Below the pieces are notes generated by a model that searched no databases, was not told the DNA's origin, and saw only the letters and a list, made by a program, of their open reading frames with translations. This document shows, in pieces, positions 27,744-36,536 of a stretch of 36,587 bases of DNA (positions are counted from its first letter, which is position 1; every line of letters starts with the position of its first letter). The stretch covers positions 1 through 36,587 of the forward strand of contig JAYTHY010000045.1 of NCBI GenBank assembly GCA_043732185.1, in the 5' to 3' direction. Made by a program: the position numbers and the translations under genes. This stretch comes from Fibrobacteria bacterium. Its GTDB lineage: Bacteria; Fibrobacterota; Fibrobacteria; UBA11236.

Positions 27744-28457
27744 TCAAGCCTTAATGGAAAAGGGCGTAAAGTTCGTTTCCGTATCGAAATAATCTTCCTT
27801 TTCCGCGCGCTTGAGAAACATTACGATGCGGTAGGTCAGCGGCGTCATGACGATTTCCCATCCGGTTTTGAGCAAATACTGAATTATCGCGACCTTGATC
27901 ACATCCCCGGTCGCCCAAATGCCGTAAAAGGCAATCAGATAGAATAGAGACGAATCCACCAATTCGCCCACCAAAGTGGAGCCAATGGTGCGCACCCAAA
28001 GAAATCGCCCCTTGGTGCTAATCTTAAGTTTAGCGAGCACAAAACTGTTGGCAAAACTACCGGACCAGAATGCGATCATGGAACCAGCCGCGATGCGCCA
28101 GGCATTGCCGAAAACACCTTCGAGATGCCCCTGATACGACTTCATGAATGCGCTGTCCGATGCGGGAAGGCTGACCACTATCCAGGCCATCACGGAAGCA
28201 AAAATCAAAGCGCCAAAACCGGCCCAGACCACGCGCCGGTCACGGGCATAGCCATAGACTTCCGTCAAAATATCGCCGAATATATAAGAGATGGGGAAAA
28301 ACAAAACCCCAGCCCCAAACTTGATTTCACCCAACCACGGCAAAGTCACCACGGCCTGTTTGGCTGCGCCGATAAAATTCGAACATAAAAGTACGGTGAC
28401 GAACGCCGCCATCACCAAGTCATAATATTTGTACTGCCTTGCAGCGGACTTTTCCAT
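27744..28457 (-). CDS. yhhQ: Queuosine precursor transporter (YhhQ/VUT family)
   Basis: FFPISYIFGDILTEVYGY, WRIAAGS, RTIGSTLVGELVDS and PLTY motifs; AGGAG SD before ATG 28457. Confidence 0.92.
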   Translation of the reverse strand: MEKSAARQYKYYDLVMAAFVTVLLCSNFIGAAKQAVVTLPWLGEIKFGAGVLFFPISYIFGDILTEVYGYARDRRVVWAGFGALIFASVMAWIVVSLPASDSAFMKSYQGHLEGVFGNAWRIAAGSMIAFWSGSFANSFVLAKLKISTKGRFLWVRTIGSTLVGELVDSSLFYLIAFYGIWATGDVIKVAIIQYLLKTGWEIVMTPLTYRIVMFLKRAEKEDYFDTETNFTPFSIKA

Positions 28458-28499
28458 TTTCAACACTCCTAGATTGATTTTTTTAACCTCCACTGCGGT

Positions 28500-28970
28500 T
28501 CATCCATATCCCGGGTCCGGCGGCAAATCCTTACGCTGAGCGGCCTCCTTGGCCAACACGTCGCAGCGTTCATTTTCCACATCCCCATTATGGCCCCGCA
28601 CCCATACGAAATGCACATCATGCAGCGCGCACACCTTGAGCAATCGTTCCCATAAATCGGGATTCAGCGCCGGTTGCTTGTCCGCCTTGATCCAACCCCT
28701 CCGCCGCCAATTGGCCGCCCAGCCTTTTTCAATGCCGTTCACCACATACTGCGAATCGGAATGGACGGACACCTGAGTGCGCGACTTGAGGGATTCCAGG
28801 GCCACAATGGCACCCAACAGCTCCATGCGATTGTTGGTGGTCAGTCGATACCCATCGCTAATCTCCTTGCGATGCCCTTTATACAGCAACACCGCGCCAA
28901 ATCCGCCCGGTCCCGGATTGCCCAAGCAGCCGCCATCGCAATAGATTTTGACAGATTCCAAATCGCCCAC
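28500..28970 (-). CDS. rnhA: Ribonuclease HI
   Basis: IYCDGGCLGNPGPGG, TTNNRMEL, SDSQYV, NPDLW and WVRGHNGDVENERCDVLA motifs; GTG at 28970 with GGAG SD. Confidence 0.96.
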   Translation of the reverse strand: MGDLESVKIYCDGGCLGNPGPGGFGAVLLYKGHRKEISDGYRLTTNNRMELLGAIVALESLKSRTQVSVHSDSQYVVNGIEKGWAANWRRRGWIKADKQPALNPDLWERLLKVCALHDVHFVWVRGHNGDVENERCDVLAKEAAQRKDLPPDPGYG

Positions 28971-29168
28971 ATGCTCTCCAATTCGAATGCACTCGAAAGA
29001 TTGCAGAATATCCGGATTCTGCAGGACGAGCAAACATAGTTAGTTGCCTTGTATTTAGGCTAGCGGGGAAAAGCTGTAAACTTCTGAGCGATGCGCTCTA
29101 TTTTCAATTTTAAAGCCTGGTCCTGTACTAATTCGAAATATTTGGAAGCCGGAAGAGCAATTCTAACA

Positions 29169-29882
29169 TCACCCCCACTTGATACGCGTCACTCCTTCGC
29201 ACGACTTAAGTGTGTCGATGATTTTCTTCGACAGCTGGAACACGTCGCCGCGATGCAGCTTTACATCGCATTTTAACGTGCGGGTTTGACCGGCGATATC
29301 GTAATCCAAATCCACCCGCTGGACGCGGGCTCCCGAGCTTTCCAGATGTTTTTGAATATCCTCATCCGTGATTCCATTTGAAGCCAGGGTGACGGTGATG
29401 GAGTAATAGAAATCTTTTTTGATATGCTGTTCAACCAAGGGCAGCGCGAACAGGGCGAAAATCGCAATGGCCGTGCCGATACTGCCTAATAGCAAATGCC
29501 CGCTGCCGAAGGCTAGACCCAAAATGGTGATGAACCAAAGCACCGCGGCAGTAGTCACTCCGCGCACCAAATGTCCTTGCCTAATGATGGCTCCGGCTCC
29601 TAAAAACCCGATTCCGGTTAGAATACCGGCTGCCAAGCGCGCCCGATCCGGCCGAAAGACGCCGGTCTGGATGAGGCTCTCCCGGTAGAAGTCTTCGGAC
29701 AGGATCATGGCGATACAGGAGGCTACGCAGGCCAGGATTGTGGTTTTAAGGCCCGCCGCCCGGCCATGGCTTTCCCGCTCCAGGCCGAGCACCAAACCGG
29801 CCATCATGGCAAAACCAATGCGAATTAGGACATCGTGAAGGGATAAAGCTGCCGATAAATTCAAATTTTCCACCCTTTCCAC
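29169..29882 (-). CDS. mgtC: MgtC/SapB family membrane protein
   Basis: GLERE, AAGLKT, RLAAGILTGIGFLGAGAI and GVTTAAVLW motifs; C-terminal ACT-like domain. Confidence 0.9.
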   Translation of the reverse strand: MERVENLNLSAALSLHDVLIRIGFAMMAGLVLGLERESHGRAAGLKTTILACVASCIAMILSEDFYRESLIQTGVFRPDRARLAAGILTGIGFLGAGAIIRQGHLVRGVTTAAVLWFITILGLAFGSGHLLLGSIGTAIAIFALFALPLVEQHIKKDFYYSITVTLASNGITDEDIQKHLESSGARVQRVDLDYDIAGQTRTLKCDVKLHRGDVFQLSKKIIDTLKSCEGVTRIKWG

Positions 29883-30031
29883 AGGTAACTTTGATTTTAA
29901 GCCTCTGTTGGGTAGATTGCAATCCCCAGGTTTCGCTTAAAACCCGCTTTGCAGGCTTCAAAAAATAAATTAAAACTTTGTTGCCCCGCAAATATGGTGT
30001 AATGGTAAAATGTGGGCTAAGGAGTACAGAC

Positions 30032-30583
30032 ATGAAAATGCCCGCCCATATTTCCCCTTGGTTCAATGACGAGGATCTCTCAAACTGGGTGCGCGAAGCG
30101 CCTAGCCTGGACGCTTATAAAAAGCGCATGGCCATTTGGCTTACACATCGAGGTCCGTTCCATGCCCACCGGGTTTCCGAGCTGCTACAAGTTTCCAAGC
30201 AGGCGGTTTGGCTTTGGATCAAACAGTACAATCAAGGCGGTCCCGACAGCCTCGATCGCAAGGGCCGCGGTGGCAGACGTCGCGCCTATCTTTCCTTGGA
30301 TCAAGAAAAAGCCTTGGTACAGCGCTTGCAATCACAGGTTTCCAAAGGTCAAAATCGCAAAGCCAAGGAATTGCTTCCGGAAGTGCTCGAGGCCGTGGGA
30401 CAAAATGTTTCCGTCGCCTATGTATATCGCTTAATGCAACGACATGAAAAACGACGCGGACCAACTCCAGGTGCCAATGCGGCGGCAAAACTCATGCGGA
30501 AACCGGACGACGCCACCGACATGTCCCTGGCTTCCATTCTTCCTCCGAGCAGCCTGCCTTCTCAAAATCAAGCCCTGAGTTAA
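30032..30583 (+). CDS. Helix-turn-helix protein resembling the DNA-binding N-terminal half of IS630-family transposases, with no catalytic domain
   Basis: VSELLQVSKQAVWLWIKQYNQGGPDSL-RKGRGGRRRAYLS...VSVAYVYRLMQRH; AAGGAG SD before ATG 30032; no DDE ORF follows. Confidence 0.75.
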   Translation: MKMPAHISPWFNDEDLSNWVREAPSLDAYKKRMAIWLTHRGPFHAHRVSELLQVSKQAVWLWIKQYNQGGPDSLDRKGRGGRRRAYLSLDQEKALVQRLQSQVSKGQNRKAKELLPEVLEAVGQNVSVAYVYRLMQRHEKRRGPTPGANAAAKLMRKPDDATDMSLASILPPSSLPSQNQALS

Positions 30584-30596
30584 ACCAAGAATTTCC

Positions 30597-30644
30597 CAGC
30601 GATACCTGTGAACTTTTAACCGTTCATTGCCCTATCGCTGATTT
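30597..30644 (+). terminator. Stem-loop downstream of the HTH gene, possible terminator
   Basis: CAGCGATA (30597-30604) pairs with TATCGCTG (30633-30640), inner TGAAC pairs with GTTCA; only a short T tail follows. Confidence 0.4.
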
Positions 30645-30832
30645 AAAGACCCGCTTCAATTTCTTCTAACTCTTTGCCCTGGCAAGATTTATATCACATT
30701 TTTTTTCAAATCTGATATATATTCCCAAAAGAAGCGCGTGGGATTTTTCAACCGCTGAACCGAGTCCCATTCTGCTTTTGGGGTTACCTGGCAACCGGTA
30801 ACCGAGTCAACAGGCAACGGAAGGGGACTACC

Positions 30833-31756
30833 GTGCAAAAAGCTGATTCGAATAATTTCTATTGTGGTATTACAAATTCAATCGTAACCTTGGCCACACG
30901 GCTAAAGCCTGGTTTTATTCTCTGCTACCTTTCTCTTACCGGCTTCGCAGGTATCATGGCGGTACAAAAGTATTTTGGCCTAAAGTATGAGCCAATAATA
31001 TGCTTGTGTTTTACAGGTATGGTTTTCAGTATATATACCTTCAACCGTTTTACAGATGCCAAAGAAGACTTTAGAAATGATATAGGAAAATATTTCTTTT
31101 TCAAAAATCAAAAATTTTTCTTTCCCTTGGCAGTCGCATCGACAATAATTGTTTTTGGAATATTGATTGTCACTTTGAAATTGAACTGGCTTCACGTTTC
31201 CTTACTACTTTCAGGATTTTTCTACTCGTACCGAGCCTTTCCTTGGTATTCCAAAAATAACGGCCTTCACGTTATCAGGCTTAAGGAGGTCATTTTCTTA
31301 AAAAACCTCCTTGTCTCTTTCTGGTGGCCAACTTCAATTCTCGCCTTTCCAATATTATTTTCTGGAAGAAGGGTTGACGACTTATTTCTTTTAACGCTTA
31401 TAGGGTCGGGGCTTTTCCTCACTATTTTAAATAACACCCTCTTCCATGACATAATGGACGAAAACGGAGATCGGCTTACCGGAATCCGTACACTCCCAAC
31501 CATATGGGGGTCAAAAAAATCCTATCAATTTCTTTTTATTTTAAATAGCTTGTGGGTTGCATGCATCACATTATTTTTTCTTCAGGGAAAATTAGATTTG
31601 GCACACGCTTTATTTTTAAGCTTTTTGACTATATATCCCGCAACCTATATATCCCTCTACCTTTTCCAGAACACCTCTCGACTAAAAATGGAATTATTAT
31701 CAGAGTCGGATTTAATTTTATTTTCCGTTGGACTCTTTTTCCTAAAATCCTATTAA
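30833..31756 (+). CDS. UbiA-family intramembrane prenyltransferase
   Basis: Asp-rich motifs NRFTDAKED and HDIMDENGD followed by GIRTLPTIWG; FYSY and RLKEVIFLKN; multiple TM helices; GTG start with GAAGGGGA SD. Confidence 0.88.
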   Translation: MQKADSNNFYCGITNSIVTLATRLKPGFILCYLSLTGFAGIMAVQKYFGLKYEPIICLCFTGMVFSIYTFNRFTDAKEDFRNDIGKYFFFKNQKFFFPLAVASTIIVFGILIVTLKLNWLHVSLLLSGFFYSYRAFPWYSKNNGLHVIRLKEVIFLKNLLVSFWWPTSILAFPILFSGRRVDDLFLLTLIGSGLFLTILNNTLFHDIMDENGDRLTGIRTLPTIWGSKKSYQFLFILNSLWVACITLFFLQGKLDLAHALFLSFLTIYPATYISLYLFQNTSRLKMELLSESDLILFSVGLFFLKSY

Positions 31757-31765
31757 GGATCAATT

Positions 31766-33559
31766 CTAACTGACGGTCAAAGCTGGTTGTCGTGGCTGAG
31801 GATTGGCTTTTGGAGCAAAGTTACGTTTGTTGATCAAATTACTAAGAACATACTCCTCCGAGAAAATTTCCGGACTATTTCCCATTCCGTGGTCCAAGAT
31901 ATATAGGCATGTTTCATACCGAGAAACAACACAAATTTTTAGATAGTGAGAGATAGTTTTAAACTGTGTAGTCAAAGCCTTTGATCCAACAATAACCGTC
32001 ATCATAGAAGTGGGGAATTCATTTTCATTCAAATCCGTAACATTTTGAATAATGTAAGGCGTGATGGCAAGATTTTGGAAAACTCGAATCAAAATCGAAA
32101 GCTCTTCCATTCCTTCCTTAACAATAACTATGGGATATTTCGTTTGTTTCTGATCTCGCATACTTTCAGCATAAGCTGGAAAAGTCATGATCAACTTCAT
32201 GCCATGTTCGCCTGATTTTTCCATATTTTTAGAATAGGCACTAATTTTACCGCCATGACTTTCCACTATTGTACGCGTGATCGACATTCCCAAACCGGTT
32301 CCTCCGGTTGCCTTTTTAGTTGTATAAAACGCTTTGAAAAGTCCTTCCATTTGCTCTTTATTACATCCTGAACCATTGTCTTCAATGCTGACAACTAGTA
32401 CCCTATGATTCGTAGCAATTTTTACATTAATTTTACAAATATCGCGATTGCTCGCTTCAAAGCTATTCTTAAAGGCATTCAAAAAAACCTGTTCGAGCTT
32501 ACCCCAGTCACCATAAATAAAATGTTCCTGATCAAGATTCTTTAGTGAAAAAGAATATCGTGTACTAGTAAAATGCTTTTCGATTGTTCCCTTAATCACT
32601 TCGGAAATATTGATAGGGTGCGTTTCCAGGATAATAGAGGTACGAGAAAGCTTTAGTATGTCGTCACTGAAAAGTGATAGCCGCTCGACAGTTGAAACGA
32701 TGTTTTTAACTATGGCCTTTCCCTTCTCAGAAAGGCTCTCCACTTCCTGTAGGACCTGCGCATTTCCAGCAATCATAAACATGTAATTTTTAATCTCATG
32801 ATTAATAATAGCTGTTGATTCTCCAAGTTGTTTGAGTGCATTTACTTGCTCTAAATCTTTATAGGCAGTTTCCAGCTTGCTAAAATTATTCTCTTTTTCA
32901 CTCAAGAGCATTAAGAAACGCTCGGTAAAAATCATTGCACCCATTAGTCCATATCCTAATACTCCCAATGTACTCATGCTGGGAACTGAGGACAGTATGT
33001 CAAATGATACGGAAGCCATGTCCAGTGTACCACAAATACAAAGCCATACAAATGCTACAAGGTGGAAAATCAAAATTTTACGTTCGGAAGGTTGAGAATG
33101 AATTAGTTTATGAATGATGATATAGTTCGAAAACAAAATGTAGGCGATTACAAAAGGGACGAAAACCACATTGTATAAAATGCCTCCCTGCAATACCCCT
33201 TTTGATACCAAAAGCATTTTCTCCGAAAGGAATACTGTCGATAGTAGGAGGCTTAAGGTTGCAATTATCGGAATAAATTTTAAGTAGCGAGAGGAAGTTA
33301 GGATGAGCAAATACCAGATAGAGAAGGACATAAAAATGCAAGTAATAAAATGAAAAAGCCTTTGCCAAAAAAGAAGCTTAATGGGATCTTTCATTCCAGG
33401 AGTAACCCACAGATCAATGGCAACCATGCCACAAAGTAGAATGAGTGAAATTCCGAAAAAACGAAAACTCCTATCAAAGCGCGTCCGCACATCAATCAGG
33501 ATGAATAATGCGCCCACAGCAAACAGAAATGCGCAAACTATCTGTAGAACCAGGGCCAT
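31766..33559 (-). CDS. Multi-TM (about 7) sensor histidine kinase with a degenerate receiver-like C-terminal domain
   Basis: Hydrophobic N-terminal about 215 aa; H box INHEIKNY, N box LEQVFLNAFKNS, G1 IEDNGSG, F box FYTTK and G2 GGTGLGM. Confidence 0.92.
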   Translation of the reverse strand: MALVLQIVCAFLFAVGALFILIDVRTRFDRSFRFFGISLILLCGMVAIDLWVTPGMKDPIKLLFWQRLFHFITCIFMSFSIWYLLILTSSRYLKFIPIIATLSLLLSTVFLSEKMLLVSKGVLQGGILYNVVFVPFVIAYILFSNYIIIHKLIHSQPSERKILIFHLVAFVWLCICGTLDMASVSFDILSSVPSMSTLGVLGYGLMGAMIFTERFLMLLSEKENNFSKLETAYKDLEQVNALKQLGESTAIINHEIKNYMFMIAGNAQVLQEVESLSEKGKAIVKNIVSTVERLSLFSDDILKLSRTSIILETHPINISEVIKGTIEKHFTSTRYSFSLKNLDQEHFIYGDWGKLEQVFLNAFKNSFEASNRDICKINVKIATNHRVLVVSIEDNGSGCNKEQMEGLFKAFYTTKKATGGTGLGMSITRTIVESHGGKISAYSKNMEKSGEHGMKLIMTFPAYAESMRDQKQTKYPIVIVKEGMEELSILIRVFQNLAITPYIIQNVTDLNENEFPTSMMTVIVGSKALTTQFKTISHYLKICVVSRYETCLYILDHGMGNSPEIFSEEYVLSNLINKRNFAPKANPQPRQPALTVS

Positions 33560-34053
33560 CGTTTACCGCCGTTTTTGGAAGTACGAAAAGTCTCGGAACT
33601 AAATAATACATCCGACCGAAACCATTATTCAACATTAATTCAACACCAAAACAACAGCCTCTTCACACTTTACCGGCTGACATAATGCATTAACGGCGAT
33701 CTGAATATAACGCTAAATTCTATACTTTCATACCTATCGATATTTTCGTTATGGAGTTAATCCACTTTTTCTAGTATATATAGCTGTCTAGGGCGCAACC
33801 AATCCACTTACCGACCATAAAACGCATGGGCTGAAATCACGAAAACTACAGGATGGGTTAGCACAACAATTTAATAAACATATTTGTTCACATCATAATA
33901 CAGGTCGGCTAATACCCAAAGCGCTCGCCCACTCACAAGGACACTCAATTTCTGCGCCCCTTGTTCAATTTATGGGTATCATATGGGCTTAAGTTTATTA
34001 TCGCAAAAACCGTTTCTGCGTTTGCTATTCGACTTTTTCATAAAGGAATCAAA

Positions 34054-34911
34054 ATGCAGTCATTGATCCTATTTCTGCTTTTTTTTCTCGTCCTCGCACC
34101 TAATGTCGATAGCTTTGAAAACTATGAAACCAAAGAAGACGCGGCGGTTTTTCAACTGGACGGCATATTGAGCACCCAGAAAAAAAATGAATCCATTTCT
34201 ACTGAACCTTCAAGTACCCGCTGCTATGGGTTTTCATTTTTTCCAATAACCACAATTGTTGGCCGTGACTTAGTAGGAGGCGCAGAGTTTTCGGTATTGC
34301 CAAAGCGATTCTTTGATCAGGGGTCAGTCCTAAATGGACCTTTTTTGCAAAGTTATGGACTAGGATTGGGTTATCAAATAACGCATTCTGAAAAGCAAGA
34401 GGGCTTTACCTATGGCTTAATCGGAATTGATGGAGACATGCGTGAAATAGGACCAAACAATATTTACGGCGACCTAAGCTATACCCACCAGTTTATTTTT
34501 TCAAATAAATTAGTGCTTGGGGGAGGATTTGATCTTCATTTCTATTTTGGGGATTACTTTCCCTATCCAGTAGCTCTATTAGATTGGCAGGTTGCCAAGC
34601 ATACCAAGCTTAAAATAAACTTTGACACTGGCGAGATAAAGCAATTTTTTTCGGATAATATTAGCCTCTCAATTGGAGCACAATACGATATTTTTCACTA
34701 CGGATTTGGTAAGCAGAAAGGGTATGTCATGGAATCCACCAGCGGCATGGTGAAAATAGAATATCGACTTGGAAAAAATATTTATGCGCGTATTTTTGCA
34801 AAGCGCCAATTCTGGGGTGGCGAATCGATTTGGCTAAAAACTCGGCATGAAATGAAAATAACGAGTAAAGAGGGCGTATCCATTAGGCTTCAATTAGCCT
34901 ACGCTGGATAA
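34054..34911 (+). CDS. Outer-membrane beta-barrel protein (DUF6268-like, tentative)
   Basis: AAAGGA SD, ATG at 34054 and a signal peptide; aromatic-rich alternating strands, FPYPVALLDW and terminal strand IRLQLAY. Confidence 0.7.
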   Translation: MQSLILFLLFFLVLAPNVDSFENYETKEDAAVFQLDGILSTQKKNESISTEPSSTRCYGFSFFPITTIVGRDLVGGAEFSVLPKRFFDQGSVLNGPFLQSYGLGLGYQITHSEKQEGFTYGLIGIDGDMREIGPNNIYGDLSYTHQFIFSNKLVLGGGFDLHFYFGDYFPYPVALLDWQVAKHTKLKINFDTGEIKQFFSDNISLSIGAQYDIFHYGFGKQKGYVMESTSGMVKIEYRLGKNIYARIFAKRQFWGGESIWLKTRHEMKITSKEGVSIRLQLAYAG

Positions 34912-34967
34912 GGAATAAACAGAATTGTACCTTTAATCATGATCGTGGGTAGCCTTTAAATAATTGC

Positions 34968-36536
34968 CTACTCATTTTTTCGAGTCAATATTTTCAGAAC
35001 CGTTTCTTCACAAAGAATTTGCTGGTCGTGTGGACTTTTTTCAACCTTAAGTGGGCGCAGCATATAATTCCGGTCGCATGTGTAAACGGGATTGTGATTG
35101 AATCCACGACCATTAATCCACTTAGACGACTGAACGTCTGTAATAGATTCGTCCAAAATAAGCAATTTATCCCGCCAATATGCCGAATTCTTGAATTGTT
35201 TTTCGATTTGATTGATTCCAACAACAGATAATTTAATCCCAAGATTCTCACAGATAAGAAGTGCTTCCGTTATCAATTCATTTTGATCGGTAACTATAAG
35301 GAATTCCTCCCAATTCCTTTTTGTGCCAGCGGAAATTTTATCGGAAATAGGCAGTAAAATGTTCGCAATCAGGCCGCTTTCCTTCTCACAATATCTCGCC
35401 TTTGAGTAGAATCGCATAGTTCCTCCGTGCGCACGAATAATTCCTTCTGCTATCGAAGCCCCCAACCCTAATGCTGCTTCATGCTTTCGCGTGGTAAAAA
35501 AAGGAAGCCTGATTTTTCCCGCAATTTCTGGCATACACCCGTGACCGTCGTCTTCAATACAAATCGATGTCAAGCCAATGCCGACATTTAGCCTAATTGC
35601 AATATTTTCAGATTTTGCCTCAATACTGTTTTTAATAGTTTCGAAAATCGCCCGTGACAATTTGATTTGATCAACCCAAATTAAATCGGATCCTTTTCCT
35701 GAAACGGAAATTTTTATTCGAGTTTTTGAAGGAATTTTTTCAAGTGATAATTCAATTACCGTTTTTAAAGTGGTGGAAGTCAAATAGCCCAATTGCGAAC
35801 AGGAAGAAAAATCTAAAAGTCCGCCGGTATACCTTTCCAAGCCAGTTCGTATATTTTCAATTCGCGTCACTTCAGCATCACCCCCAAATTTTTTGAGTGC
35901 TGCAAGACTGAGTGTATTTTTTTTTAAAATTGATACTTGATTCTGAATTTCTTTTGAGATCTCTGCAGCCGAGATACCCAATTCACGCATTGGTAGATTA
36001 ATTGCTAAAGCTCCATTTATATGATCGATTTTTAATAGTGTTGATCTTTTTTGTGAAAAGAGCGCCACCATTCTATCGGTAAATATAAAAGTTCCAACTA
36101 TTCCCATTCCCAAAATTCCGAATTCTATGAAAATCGGGAAATCGTTTGGCCTATTGATGTTTATCATGATTAACAGATCAACTGATCCGGTAATTGCCAA
36201 TCCAAGATAGGCTGAGCAAAGAAGTGTCAATGTCCTTTTAATATCTGCATGGGCGCTTCTTAGCCCAATTACAGTTTGATAAATTAGCCAGGCAAAAAAC
36301 ACACTAATATATGGAGAAAACACAAAATCATAGAGCCAGCTAGTTCGAAAACTAGAGTTTTTCCACTCCAGGAACAGTACTTTTGGGTAAACTATATCAA
36401 GAATAAATGCAAACGCCATAACTACTAAAATTAGAGTGTGGACCACAGAAGTTTTATAGCCAGGACTTTTCAAAAGCAGGCGATTCATCCGTAAGCGTTC
36501 GGTGAATACATCACTTTGAGGGGGGAGGCAAGCCAC
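34968..36536 (-). CDS. Sensor histidine kinase paralog lacking the phospho-acceptor His (pseudokinase or decaying gene)
   Basis: Aligns by eye with 31766..33559 (LYDFVFSPY/LYNVVFVPF, IFTDR/IFTER); H box reads ISKEIQNQ; IEDDGHG, PFFTTR and LGLGA are retained; N-terminus is shorter. Confidence 0.8.
   Translation of the reverse strand: MACLPPQSDVFTERLRMNRLLLKSPGYKTSVVHTLILVVMAFAFILDIVYPKVLFLEWKNSSFRTSWLYDFVFSPYISVFFAWLIYQTVIGLRSAHADIKRTLTLLCSAYLGLAITGSVDLLIMININRPNDFPIFIEFGILGMGIVGTFIFTDRMVALFSQKRSTLLKIDHINGALAINLPMRELGISAAEISKEIQNQVSILKKNTLSLAALKKFGGDAEVTRIENIRTGLERYTGGLLDFSSCSQLGYLTSTTLKTVIELSLEKIPSKTRIKISVSGKGSDLIWVDQIKLSRAIFETIKNSIEAKSENIAIRLNVGIGLTSICIEDDGHGCMPEIAGKIRLPFFTTRKHEAALGLGASIAEGIIRAHGGTMRFYSKARYCEKESGLIANILLPISDKISAGTKRNWEEFLIVTDQNELITEALLICENLGIKLSVVGINQIEKQFKNSAYWRDKLLILDESITDVQSSKWINGRGFNHNPVYTCDRNYMLRPLKVEKSPHDQQILCEETVLKILTRKNE

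Noticed and set aside
28458..28499. Possible preQ1 riboswitch upstream of yhhQ (GAGGTT...AAAAAAA...CTAGGAG on the minus strand)
   Set aside because: No P1 stem can be formed, and the 42-nt gap after rnhA looks like an ordinary A-rich RBS region.
30724..30810. c-di-GMP-I or c-di-AMP riboswitch in the UbiA leader
   Set aside because: It has a GNRA hairpin and GCTGAA/TTTTGGGG words, but the conserved cores and order of those riboswitches are missing; kept only as an unassigned structure.
29978..30832. Complete IS630 element with programmed frameshift
   Set aside because: No DDE catalytic frame and no terminal inverted repeats are visible downstream of the HTH region.
33751..33830. ComX-like peptide pheromone gene among tiny ORFs (MELIHFF; MRFMVGKWIGCALDSYIY)
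   Set aside because: They are too short, have no SD, and are expected by chance; there is no evidence for translation.
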